Below, one piece after another: positions 1-9,396 of a DNA stretch of 20,000 nt. The stretch lies in the sequence record SRR20825006_1517; one strand, 5' to 3'. How positions within the stretch are numbered: the first letter of the stretch is position 1; each line of letters starts with the position of its first letter. Both the position numbers and the translations under genes were made by a program. Below the pieces are notes generated by a model that worked only from the letters and a program-made list of their open reading frames with translations, was not told the origin of the DNA and did not search any database.

Positions 1-1
1 T

Positions 2-967
2 GGGCCTTCTCCAATGGCCTTGGAGGCCTTTAAGAATTCTGCTTCGGGAGGTAACAGATATGCTTGGAAAGAATTGTTTCAACTTGTGGACAAGATTGCC
101 GATTTTGAAGGAGTAGAGAGCAAAAACGTTATGATGGGCCCAGGCTCGTCCGACCTCTTGGAAAAAACGGCCATGGTTTTCTTTATGAACGGTGGCAACG
201 TGGTTTCCGCAGATCCGGCCTATATGTCCCTTATTCGTGTGGCAGAGTCCGTAGGGGCCACTTGGAAACCAGTACCCTTGAAGGATGATTGGTCGCACGA
301 CCTTGATGCAATGGAAGCCGCCATTGATGATGACACCAAGTTGGTTTACATCTGTAACCCGAACAATCCTACCGGATCTATGACAGACCATGATAAATTG
401 ATCGATTTTTGTTCAAGAGTATCCGAAAAAGTACCCGTATTTGTTGATGAAGCTTATTTATGGTTCTTGGAAGACGGAGCCAAAAAGAGTATGGTATCCT
501 TGGTAAGCGAAGGGAAAGATGTGATCATCGCCAGAACTTTCTCCAAAATACACGGTATGGCCGGTTTACGTGTGGGCTATGCTGTTGCCTTGGAAGAAAC
601 TCTCGCCAGAATACAAAAAATTACCCGTGGTGGTATGGGCATTTCACTTCCATCAGTTTACGCCGCTATGGCTGCGATGGATGATAACGCATTTATAGAG
701 AAGTCCCGCAGTCTTAACGCTGAATGTAGGGAATATGTGTACAAGAGTTTAGATAATTTAGGCATCACCTCTTATGTTCCTTCTTCTACAAGTTTTATCA
801 TTTTCCCTATTGAAATGGAAGGACAAGCATTCTTGGAACAAATGACAGAGTTGAAGGTGGGTGTTCGTGCTTTCCAGTTTATGGACCAAAATTGGTGCCG
901 TGTAAGTATGGGAACCATGGATGAAATGAAAACGTTTACCGCCGCACTCAATAAAGTGTTGGTATAG
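2..967 (+). CDS. PLP-dependent class I/II aminotransferase (HisC-like), 5'-truncated by window edge
   Basis: The frame is open from nt 2 (GPSP, the end of the usual N-terminal NENPxGPSP motif), so the real start lies upstream of the window. Motifs: CNPNNPTG, VDEAY, RTFSKIHGMAGLRVGY (PLP lysine). Confidence 0.9.
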   Translation, partial: GPSPMALEAFKNSASGGNRYAWKELFQLVDKIADFEGVESKNVMMGPGSSDLLEKTAMVFFMNGGNVVSADPAYMSLIRVAESVGATWKPVPLKDDWSHDLDAMEAAIDDDTKLVYICNPNNPTGSMTDHDKLIDFCSRVSEKVPVFVDEAYLWFLEDGAKKSMVSLVSEGKDVIIARTFSKIHGMAGLRVGYAVALEETLARIQKITRGGMGISLPSVYAAMAAMDDNAFIEKSRSLNAECREYVYKSLDNLGITSYVPSSTSFIIFPIEMEGQAFLEQMTELKVGVRAFQFMDQNWCRVSMGTMDEMKTFTAALNKVLV

Positions 968-2106
968 TGGATATAGGTATTCAAAAAACTATTGTATTTC
1001 TTTTTTTCATCTTAATTGGAGTACTGCTTAAAGTCAAGTTCAAATCCAAAGAGGAAATTTCTGGAATAAAAAAAATAATTCTGAACCTTGCCCTTCCAGC
1101 GACCATTTTTATTGCGTTGTTGGGGGTTAAGGTCGAGTTACATTTATTAATATTGCCTTTATTGGCCCTTGGGCTCAACCTATTGTTGTTTTTTTCCATG
1201 CCTGTTATTTTGCCCCTTATGGGCATTGGAAAAGGAACCTCGGAGTACAGGACCGCCAAACTATTGGTGCCCTCTTTGGCACCTGGATTGTCGTCTTTCC
1301 CCTTTATTTTGGAGTTTCTCGGCGAAGAATATTTGGCCAAGGCAGCTATGTCCGACCTTGGAAATAAGGTTTTTGTACTCTTTTTTCTCTACTTAGTGGC
1401 CATGAATTGGCATTACGGTCTTCAATTAGATAAAAAGAAGAATGGAGGAACCAAATTGAAGCCATTGATCAAAGCAATGGTCTCGGAACCTGTAAATGTA
1501 TTCATCGCGGCAGCACTTGTTTTACTTGCTTTTGGACTACATATGGATTCCCTTCCCTTCTTTTTGAGCGAAACCCTTGAAAAATTAAGCTTGATCATGA
1601 CGCCGTTGGTATTACTCTTTATAGGTCTTGCCGTAAAAATCAAAAGAAAACAGTTCTTCCAGATTTTTTGCTTGCTCTGTACACGTGCAGGCTTGGTACT
1701 GTTGATTTCAGCGATATTCGTAACGGTAGCCGGAATAGAAGCCCGGAATGAAATATTGTTGACCATGGCCTTTGGACTTAGTGCCTGTAGTTTTTGGCCC
1801 TATGCCCACATCGCCGCCGTGGATAGCATGGAAATGGACAAAAAGTCGAAAAGAAGGACATTTAGTGGCGATTTTGGAGTGGCAATTCTAGCATTGTCGT
1901 TCCCACTTTCAACAATGCTCATATTGGCAACCTTGAACAGTGGGTCATTCTTTGTCAATCCCGTCAATATTTTTATGGTCGCCGTTGCTCTTTTAGGGAT
2001 TGGTTTTATAATTCCCCTGTGCAGTGGTATCAGTAAAAAAAAGTGGTCGGAGCAAAAATTGATCGACCATGAAATAAGTTCGGCTGCCACAGAAAAAGCT
2101 GCTTAG
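967..2106 (+). CDS. AEC (auxin efflux carrier)-like membrane permease
   Basis: 379 aa with about 10-11 hydrophobic segments in two halves; N-terminal 'IILNLALPATIF' is typical of the AEC/Mem_trans family. The GTG start overlaps the upstream TAG (TAGTG). Confidence 0.7.
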   Translation: MDIGIQKTIVFLFFILIGVLLKVKFKSKEEISGIKKIILNLALPATIFIALLGVKVELHLLILPLLALGLNLLLFFSMPVILPLMGIGKGTSEYRTAKLLVPSLAPGLSSFPFILEFLGEEYLAKAAMSDLGNKVFVLFFLYLVAMNWHYGLQLDKKKNGGTKLKPLIKAMVSEPVNVFIAAALVLLAFGLHMDSLPFFLSETLEKLSLIMTPLVLLFIGLAVKIKRKQFFQIFCLLCTRAGLVLLISAIFVTVAGIEARNEILLTMAFGLSACSFWPYAHIAAVDSMEMDKKSKRRTFSGDFGVAILALSFPLSTMLILATLNSGSFFVNPVNIFMVAVALLGIGFIIPLCSGISKKKWSEQKLIDHEISSAATEKAA

Positions 2107-2161
2107 TCATTTTAGCATATTTTTCTTTCTAATTCCCTATTTTTAAGAAAACCAGGAAATT

Positions 2162-3457
2162 ATGAGACAACTGTTCATCACTGTTCTTTCCATTCTTTTA
2201 ATTGGGACCCTATCAGCTCAGCAATCCAACGTAAAAGTCGACCAAGACCGTCTTGAAAAGAGAATTTTCGACCTTGCAGAATTTGGGATTCAACCAAATG
2301 GCGAAACGGAGCGTGTTGCTTTTAGCGATGCTGATATAGAGGCTAGAAATTGGGTGATCAAGACGCTAAAAGATTTTGGAATGGCGGTGATGGTAGACCC
2401 GGCTGGAAACATTATTGGGACGAGAAACGGGAAAAACCCTTCTTTAAAACCAATTGCCTTTGGTTCCCATATCGACAGGGTACCGAACGGAGGAAATTAT
2501 GATGGCTGTGTGGGCTCAATGGCCGCTTTGGAAGTTATCGAAACTTTGAACGAAAATAATATTACCACCAACCACCCTCTTGAGGTCATCATTTTTCCGA
2601 ATGAAGAGGGCGGTGTTATGGGAAGCAGGGCCATGGCGGGCAATTTGGGAAAATCCGCACTTGGGGTGGTCAACTCCACCGGTTATTCCATGGGCGAAGG
2701 CATTATGCGTATGGGTGGAGATACCACAAAACTGAACGAGGCCAAGCGAGAAAAGGGTAGCTTGGCGGCCTTCTTGGAACTTCATATTGAACAAGGGGGC
2801 AAACTCGAAAAAGAAGGCTTGGACATTGGGGTAGTAGAAGGTATTGTAGGCCTCAATTGGTGGGATGTGGTCTTTACAGGTTCTGCCAATCACGCAGGCA
2901 CCACACCAATGAACGCTAGACAGGATGCACTCTTGGCAGCTGCCAAATATATTGTGGCGGTAAACGAGATCACCAATAGCTTCGAGGGAACTCAAGTAGG
3001 TACAGTAGGACGAATCAAAGCGGAGCCTGGAGCACCCAATGTAATACCGGGAAAGGTGACTGCCAGTCTTGAAATCCGTGACCTCTCTTTGGAAGTGATT
3101 CAAAAAGTATATCAGGCCATCAAGAAAAAAACCGAGGAAATAGCCGAAGCTTCCAAGGTTACCGTTGCGTTTTTACCGTTGGACACCACAGCAGAACCGG
3201 CCCTAACGGATACCGGTATTCAAAAAGAAATAGCGTCATCCGCCAAGTCTTTAGGATTGACTTATCAATACATGCCCAGTGGTGCCGGCCATGATGCACA
3301 GGATATATCCAGATTTGCTCCCGCTGGGATGATTTTTGTTCCCAGCAAGAGAGGTATCAGTCATTCTCCAAAAGAATTTACATCCGCAAAAGATATGGCC
3401 AACGGAGCCAATGTGCTCTTGCACTCGATTTTGTCTTTGGATAAGAAATTGGATTAA
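2162..3457 (+). CDS. M20-family Zn-dependent amidohydrolase (N-carbamoylase/allantoate amidohydrolase-like) with N-terminal signal peptide
   Basis: Motifs GSHID, GNYDGCVG, NEEG, ELHIEQG, NHAGTTPM, SGAGHDA, ISHSPKE. N-terminus MRQLFITVLSILLIGTLSA-Q resembles a Sec signal peptide. Confidence 0.9.
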   Translation: MRQLFITVLSILLIGTLSAQQSNVKVDQDRLEKRIFDLAEFGIQPNGETERVAFSDADIEARNWVIKTLKDFGMAVMVDPAGNIIGTRNGKNPSLKPIAFGSHIDRVPNGGNYDGCVGSMAALEVIETLNENNITTNHPLEVIIFPNEEGGVMGSRAMAGNLGKSALGVVNSTGYSMGEGIMRMGGDTTKLNEAKREKGSLAAFLELHIEQGGKLEKEGLDIGVVEGIVGLNWWDVVFTGSANHAGTTPMNARQDALLAAAKYIVAVNEITNSFEGTQVGTVGRIKAEPGAPNVIPGKVTASLEIRDLSLEVIQKVYQAIKKKTEEIAEASKVTVAFLPLDTTAEPALTDTGIQKEIASSAKSLGLTYQYMPSGAGHDAQDISRFAPAGMIFVPSKRGISHSPKEFTSAKDMANGANVLLHSILSLDKKLD

Positions 3458-3459
3458 TC

Positions 3460-4134
3460 TTACTTTACAATTGTTGAGATTATTTTTCTAGTGGCATTCG
3501 CAATCAAACCAATGCTCAACCAGTAGGTGCTCAAAATCAATGGCCCTGAGAGGTAAAAAGGAGTCTTGAATTTCGCAATCGCCAATAAGGTGTCCGAAAA
3601 CATAAAAAATAGTACGGCCATAGCCAAAAGAGCATGTGCGTTGTTCCTTTTCCTCATATACAGGCCCACTCCTTGCCATGCCATAAAAGTGATTATCAAC
3701 ACATAAATGGAAACAGGTAGCAACAAGTCACCTAAATCCGGTCTTAACCAATAGAACAGAACTCCGGCTATACCGAAAAGAACTAGAAAAGCAATCCAAT
3801 TCTTATAAAACCCCATATATTGTACAAATGATATGGAGAAAAGAATATGCGCCAATAGAAAAGCTCCTAGCCCAAATAAAAAATATGCATCAAACAGCAA
3901 CAGTACATCACCCAACAAACAGAACACCAAACCAACGATAACCAATCTTCCAAATGTAACATGACCATTCTTTGGAGCAAAAAATGGTACGGCAATCACG
4001 AAAATCGTGGTCAATGGTTTGAAGAACGTGAAAAGCTCTCTCTCATTGGAAAGTCCAAAATAAATGGCCAAACATGCAGAAACCAATATAAAGATATTGA
4101 TGAGCCACGTTGTTTTATTTGTTTCGGCTACCAT
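3460..4134 (-). CDS. YhhN-family lysoplasmalogenase-like membrane protein
   Basis: Multi-TM protein with KP, GD(V)LL, F(L)FGLGAFLLAH and FMFSD motifs characteristic of YhhN. Confidence 0.85.
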   Translation of the reverse strand: MVAETNKTTWLINIFILVSACLAIYFGLSNERELFTFFKPLTTIFVIAVPFFAPKNGHVTFGRLVIVGLVFCLLGDVLLLFDAYFLFGLGAFLLAHILFSISFVQYMGFYKNWIAFLVLFGIAGVLFYWLRPDLGDLLLPVSIYVLIITFMAWQGVGLYMRKRNNAHALLAMAVLFFMFSDTLLAIAKFKTPFYLSGPLILSTYWLSIGLIANATRKIISTIVK

Positions 4135-4601
4135 TCCTTAAAAGGTTTTATACTTAATTGGGAATTATAATATTGTACTTGCCCCGTGACCTCTTGGCCC
4201 AGCCAATCCGGTCTTTCAAAACGTTCATCCTCATGTGTGAGCTCCACTTCTGCCAAAAGAAGTCCTTTGTTCTCTCCCAAAAACTCGTCCACCTCAAACA
4301 TATGCTTCCCCAAAGGCACTTCAAAACGGACTTTTTCGAGTATACCGGCTTCACACAGGTCGATAAGATTAGCTGCCTCCGCAACCGAGATTTCGGTCTC
4401 CCACTCAAACCGCGTCGTACCCGATTCGTTGCTGGCGCCTTTTACGGTCAAAAAGCCCCTTTCTCCCTTAATCCTGACCCTAACGGTCCTTTCGGGGTCC
4501 GTGTTCAGGAATCCCTGTACAATTCGGGTCTGTGATATGGCCTGCTGTTTGAAGGCCTCCGTTTTTACCAAAAACTTTCGTTCTATTTCCAAATGTTCCA
4601 T
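4128..4601 (-). CDS. CYTH (triphosphate tunnel metalloenzyme) domain protein
   Basis: EIERKF (ExExK) motif, RVRI, LTVKG, RFEWE, AEVEL. ATG at 4601; alternative TTG at 4604. Confidence 0.9.
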   Translation of the reverse strand: MEHLEIERKFLVKTEAFKQQAISQTRIVQGFLNTDPERTVRVRIKGERGFLTVKGASNESGTTRFEWETEISVAEAANLIDLCEAGILEKVRFEVPLGKHMFEVDEFLGENKGLLLAEVELTHEDERFERPDWLGQEVTGQVQYYNSQLSIKPFKEW

Positions 4602-4606
4602 CAAAC

Positions 4607-4625
4607 TAAATATACCCTAAATTTG
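4607..4625. promoter_or_regulatory. Back-to-back Bacteroidota -7 promoter elements for dinB (+) and CYTH (-)
   Basis: TAAATTTG (exact TAnnTTTG) on + at 4618-4625; variant TATATTTA on - at 4614-4607. No clear -33 TTTG seen for dinB. Confidence 0.5.
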
Positions 4626-4628
4626 AAA

Positions 4629-5730
4629 ATGGACTTTGATTTTCCCTTAAGAAAAATAATTCATGTGGACATGGATGCCTTTTATGCGTCCGTAGAACAG
4701 CATGATAACCCGGAATTAAAAGGGAAGCCCATTGCCGTTGGTGGTGGTTCCAAGCGGGGGGTGGTATCCGCTGCAAGCTATGAAGCACGAAAATTTGGTG
4801 TACGAAGTGCCATGGCAGGCAGTATTGCTGCTAGAAATTGTCCCGAGCTCATATTCGTAAAACCCCGTTTTGACCGTTATAAAGAGGTTTCAAAGCAGAT
4901 TAGAAGTATATTTTTTGAATATACCGATTTGGTAGAGCCCCTTTCCTTGGACGAAGCCTACCTGGATGTGACGGAAAACAAAAAAGGAAATCCATCGGCC
5001 ACACTGATCGCAAAAGAAATACGTCAAAAAATATTTGAAAAAACCGGGTTGACGGCCTCGGCAGGAATTTCCATAAACAAGTTTATCGCCAAAGTGGCCA
5101 GCGATTACAACAAACCCAACGGACAGAAAACCGTAAACCCCGAAGAGGTAATCGAGTTTTTGGAAAACCTGGACATTCGGAAGTTTTATGGCGTGGGAAA
5201 GGTGACCGCGGAAAAAATGTACCGCTTGGGAATTTTTCACGGGCAAGGACCTTAAAGAAAAGTCAGCGGATTTCCTTGATCAGCATTTTGGGAAAAGTGG
5301 CGGTCATTATTTTAATGTGGTAAGGGGAATCCATCTAAGTGCCGTAAAGCCACATCGTATTCCGAAATCCGTTGGGGCGGAACGGACCTTTTTTGAAAAT
5401 CTGAGCAGTGAAATCTTTATGCTGGAAAAATTGGATAACATTGCAAGCGAACTGGAAAGAAGGCTCCAAAAATCAAAAATTGCCGGGAAAACGGTCACTT
5501 TGAAAATCAAGTACAGCGATTTTACCCTACAGACCCGGAGCAAGACGCTCCCCTATTTTATTGCCAGTAAGGATTTGATATTGGAAACCGCCAAGGAGCT
5601 TTTATACCAATCTACTTTGGAAAATTCGGTTCGATTGCTGGGTATTTCCTTGGCCAACCTCAACACGGAAAAAGAAAAAGAACAGCCCAAAAAGGAATCG
5701 GTGCTCGTTCAGCTCAAATTTGATTTTTAA
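4629..5730 (+). pseudogene. dinB: DNA polymerase IV (DinB), interrupted by a +1 frameshift at the T5 run 5233-5237 (real lesion or sequencing error)
   Basis: Y-family motifs [36 protein letters not shown]. Deleting one T gives a continuous ...[36 protein letters not shown]... joining the little-finger ORF (366 aa in total). Confidence 0.92.
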
Positions 5731-5756
5731 AAGAAAAGCCCCCCTTTCGGGAGGCT
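5729..5756 (-). terminator. Rho-independent terminator of the M16 peptidase gene
   Basis: Minus-strand RNA AGCCUCCC-GAAA-GGGGGGCU followed by UUUCUUUU; GNRA loop and a G.U pair that only forms on the minus strand. Confidence 0.85.
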
Positions 5757-5763
5757 ATCGCAT

Positions 5764-8544
5764 TTAATTCTTGATATCCGTTTCCGTAGATTTTACCGCG
5801 GGTTTTTTAGGGTTTCCATCGGCATCGATTTCCACAATATTGTCAAACCCAAGGGCATCCAATTTATCGATGATCTCTGCACGATCCCCTACCATAAACC
5901 AGTTTACTTTTTCGGGCTGCACCACATCATTGCTCACTTTTCTAATATCATCCACAGAAAGGTTTCTTACGTTCTGATCATATTTTTGATAGTAATCATC
6001 TGGTAGATCATACCGAATCAAACTTCTTACCGAACTGTTTACCGAACTATTGGTTTCCCATTGTCCGGGAAGCTTCAGTACCTGATTGGTCTTTACCTTT
6101 TCCAACTCTTCGCTGGTTGCAGGCCTTGTTGAGGTAAATTCGGATATTTCCTTTCTAATTTCGGTCACGGATTCTGCTGTTTTATCGGTCTGAACCGGTG
6201 CATAAACAATGAACGGACGTTCTTCTTTAGATCCCAGTACAAAACCGCCAGCTCCGTAGGACCAGTGTTTGTCTTCCCTCAAATTCATATTGATTCTGGA
6301 AGTAAAATCTCCTCCAAGGATATTCACCATCTGCTCCATTGCAATTTCATTTACCCCACCGTACTTTTCGGTCAAGTGTCCGGCCAATATCACCGATTGT
6401 TGGGATTCTGGTCGGTTCATTAAATAAAGCGTGTTCTTGGAACCGGTTTTGGGCTCGTTGAAAGCAATGGTAGGAACATCACCTTTCTTCCATTTGCCCA
6501 ATGTCTTTTCCAATTTGGATTTCAATTCGCTCATTTCCACATCCCCTGTTACTATCAATGTGGAATTGTTCGGCTTGAACCATGTGTCATAAAAATCGAC
6601 CACATCTTCCCTTGTCAATTCGGAAACTGTATCCTCATATCCAGTACCCGTGTATGGGCTGCTATAAGGATGGTCCTCGCCATAAAGATATTTGTTCATC
6701 ACCCGCAAGGCCATGGTGATTGGCTGCGATTTCTCCTGTTTTATATTGTTGATTTGCTCCTTTTGTAATCGTTCAAACTCCTTTTGAGGAAATACCGGGT
6801 TGAGCAAAACGTCCATGAACAAATCCAGACTGGCATCCAAACTTGGCTTTAGGGTACTCATATATAAATTGGACTCATCTTGGCTGGAGAAAGTACTCAA
6901 AGAGGCTCCCAAGAGCTGTAATTGCTCGTTTATTTCCAAAGAGGTCTTGTCCTTTGTTCCCTCGTCCATTAGATTCATGGCCAAATTTGCCGTTCCGGGA
7001 CTGGACAAATAATCCGTTTTATACCCGGCATCTGCCACTAGGTTGATGATTACCGTTGGAACGCCCTTCCGTTGAGCTAACACCACATTGAGCCCATTGG
7101 ATAGTTCCATACGTTGTAATTCTGGGAATTTTGAACTTTTTGGAGCCCCAAGCTCTGGCAATTTGCTTCTATCCACCGAAGATTCTACGACATCATATTC
7201 GGGAAAGGGTCGGCAGATCAAAACATGTTTGCCTTTTGTCAGCCATTTTTCTGCGGTCTTTCTAAGGTTTTCGGCCGTGGCATCTTCAACATACTTTAAT
7301 TGTGTTTTGTAGTACGATGCATCACCATGGTAGGTTTGGTTAGAGGCAAGAATATCCGAGACCCCTCCGAATCCACCGATTCGCTCCAAACCTTTGATAA
7401 AGTTGGCAAAATAATTGGCTTTTACCCTTTTCAGTTCTTCTTCGGTAGGTCCCTCTTTGATAAACCTCTCTATTTCGGCCTCGAGTTCTCCTTCCAATTT
7501 TGCCGCATCTTCTCCTTGTTTTACATCGAGCCAAGTGATAAATTGACTAGCTATTTCACTTGAAGATTGAAAAGAGACCGCGGCACTGGCCGATTGGTCT
7601 TGATAGATAAATTTTTGATACAACCTTGAGTTTTTTCCACTGGTCAAAATGGCAGAAATCAAATCAAAATGTAGGTCTTCCCTTGATCCAAATGGAGGTG
7701 TGTTCCAAGCGAACAATACTCTGGTCTCCGGAACACGGTCTTGGTATTCTTGACGCGAATCATAAATTTTATTAGGTATGTTCACCTCTTGTCTTTCCAC
7801 TGTGGGTCCAGCAGGGATATCTCCAAAGTATTTAATCACTTTTTGATGCACTTCTTCGGCATCAATGTCCCCTGCGACGGCGACCACCGCATTGGCAGCG
7901 CCATAATAGGATTTGAACCACTCTTGCACGTCTTCCAACGAAGCGGCGTTCAAATCTTCCATTTCTCCGATTACGGTCCAGGAATAGGGGTGCCCTTTCG
8001 GATACATGGCCTTGGTCAAATAATCCCATTGCATACCATAAGGTTGGTTTTCGCCTTGCCTTTTTTCATTTTGAACAACCCCACGTTGTTCATCCAGTTT
8101 TTCTTGGTCGATCGCTCCCAACAAGTGCCCCATACGGTCAGATTCCAAAAACAAAACTTGGTCCAAGGCGGAAACAGGCACATTTTGGAAGTAGTTGGTT
8201 CGGTCCGTGTTGGTTGTTCCGTTCAAATCGGTACCCCCGATGCTCTCCAATGCTTGAAAATAATCGGTGTTGTAGTTCTCACTTCCGTTGAACATCAAAT
8301 GTTCGAACAAATGGGCGAAGCCGCTTTTTCCAGGTTTTTCATTTTTGGACCCTACGTGGTACCAAACGTTCACCGCGGCAATTGGTGCTTTGTGATCTTC
8401 ATGGACCAAAAGCGTGAGTCCATTTTTTAAAGTGTAGGTTTTGTAATCGATGTCGATGTCATCCGCTTTGAACTGAAATCCTTGTCCAAAACCCATGGAA
8501 CAGGACAAAAGGCCCACAATAGAGGCCAGAAGTAATTTTTTCAT
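5764..8544 (-). CDS. M16-family (pitrilysin/PqqL-like) zinc peptidase, exported
   Basis: Inverted zinc motif HLFEH, WYHVGSKNE, NGTT; 926 aa with a duplicated M16 architecture whose second half lacks HxxEH; N-terminal signal peptide. Confidence 0.92.
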   Translation of the reverse strand: MKKLLLASIVGLLSCSMGFGQGFQFKADDIDIDYKTYTLKNGLTLLVHEDHKAPIAAVNVWYHVGSKNEKPGKSGFAHLFEHLMFNGSENYNTDYFQALESIGGTDLNGTTNTDRTNYFQNVPVSALDQVLFLESDRMGHLLGAIDQEKLDEQRGVVQNEKRQGENQPYGMQWDYLTKAMYPKGHPYSWTVIGEMEDLNAASLEDVQEWFKSYYGAANAVVAVAGDIDAEEVHQKVIKYFGDIPAGPTVERQEVNIPNKIYDSRQEYQDRVPETRVLFAWNTPPFGSREDLHFDLISAILTSGKNSRLYQKFIYQDQSASAAVSFQSSSEIASQFITWLDVKQGEDAAKLEGELEAEIERFIKEGPTEEELKRVKANYFANFIKGLERIGGFGGVSDILASNQTYHGDASYYKTQLKYVEDATAENLRKTAEKWLTKGKHVLICRPFPEYDVVESSVDRSKLPELGAPKSSKFPELQRMELSNGLNVVLAQRKGVPTVIINLVADAGYKTDYLSSPGTANLAMNLMDEGTKDKTSLEINEQLQLLGASLSTFSSQDESNLYMSTLKPSLDASLDLFMDVLLNPVFPQKEFERLQKEQINNIKQEKSQPITMALRVMNKYLYGEDHPYSSPYTGTGYEDTVSELTREDVVDFYDTWFKPNNSTLIVTGDVEMSELKSKLEKTLGKWKKGDVPTIAFNEPKTGSKNTLYLMNRPESQQSVILAGHLTEKYGGVNEIAMEQMVNILGGDFTSRINMNLREDKHWSYGAGGFVLGSKEERPFIVYAPVQTDKTAESVTEIRKEISEFTSTRPATSEELEKVKTNQVLKLPGQWETNSSVNSSVRSLIRYDLPDDYYQKYDQNVRNLSVDDIRKVSNDVVQPEKVNWFMVGDRAEIIDKLDALGFDNIVEIDADGNPKKPAVKSTETDIKN

Positions 8545-8768
8545 TTCTGTTGTTTTTAGTTATTTGATCGATAAATTTGATACACAAGATAGGAAAATGT
8601 TTACAATGAACACTATGCTAGACTGTTAGCATTTATCTTAAAAACTATAGAATGTAATATTTGTTTGTTTAAACCAGAATAATAGTTGATAGTTGGGGCT
8701 TGGTTTACATATTTTCTTTATTAATTTGTAGAACCATCGACCACCATTAACTACATTTTTACTCATTT

Positions 8769-9347
8769 ATGCAACGAAATGAATTGCACGAGCACATTAT
8801 ATCTTCAGCGGGAGATCTTTTCTATTCGCAGGGATATAATTCTACTGGGGTCAACGAGATCATTACCAAATGTGACATAGCAAAAGCTACGCTATATAGT
8901 CATTTTAAATCCAAAGAAGATATTTGTGTAGCTTATCTTAATCGGCGACACAGTACGTTTATTAAGAATCTTAAAGGTTATGTTAACGATAGACCAAAAG
9001 GAAAAAATCAGCTTTTGGCCATTTTTGACCTGTTGCGGGATATGTACCTTGAGGAAAATTTCCAAGGTTGTTGGGGTCTCAAGACCCTTGGCGAGCTTTC
9101 TCCTGACCAAACTACCATTCTTAGTGTAATTCAACAGCAGAAGAAAGAATTGCTCCTATATTTGGGCGAGGTGGTTGGCGATAACATTTCCAATTTGTCC
9201 AAAGCAGAAACGGAAAAAATTTCGGGCGGACTATACCTTTTGTATGAAAGTGCAGTTACTGAGAGTCATCTGTTCAAAAACGACTGGCCTATTTTTATAG
9301 CCAAAAGTATAGCTCCATCTCTTTTTATGGACGCAGAGCTGATATAA
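8769..9347 (+). CDS. TetR/AcrR-family transcriptional regulator
   Basis: N-terminal HTH signature LFYSQGYNSTGVNEII...IAKATLYSHFKSKEDI; C-terminal FQGC motif. Confidence 0.92.
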   Translation: MQRNELHEHIISSAGDLFYSQGYNSTGVNEIITKCDIAKATLYSHFKSKEDICVAYLNRRHSTFIKNLKGYVNDRPKGKNQLLAIFDLLRDMYLEENFQGCWGLKTLGELSPDQTTILSVIQQQKKELLLYLGEVVGDNISNLSKAETEKISGGLYLLYESAVTESHLFKNDWPIFIAKSIAPSLFMDAELI

Positions 9348-9377
9348 AAAAGCCCCTCCAAAATGAGGGGCTTTTTT
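9346..9377. terminator. Bidirectional intrinsic terminator between convergent TetR and AhpD/CMD genes
   Basis: AAAAAAGCCCCTC-caaaat-GAGGGGCTTTTTT. Confidence 0.9.
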
Positions 9378-9396
9378 AACAAGGGATTCACCTAGA

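Noticed and set aside
2516..3103. 195-aa - strand ORF and the other short overlapping ORFs in the track (e.g. 4158-4535, 4186-4620, 13247-13747, 16617-17048)
   Set aside because: Antisense or alternate-frame shadows of well-supported genes; no independent evidence.
4593..4628. dinB start at 4593
   Set aside because: Would overlap the divergent CYTH start and lie upstream of the -7 element; ATG 4629 fits better.
4560..4680. SOS box at dinB
   Set aside because: No CTGT-N8-ACAG or GGA-N5-TCC palindrome found by eye near the start.
5317..5730. Separate 137-aa gene
   Set aside because: It is the C-terminal little-finger part of the frameshifted dinB.
7741..8430. 229-aa + strand ORF
   Set aside because: Entirely antisense to the conserved catalytic part of the M16 peptidase, with no recognisable motifs; shadow ORF.
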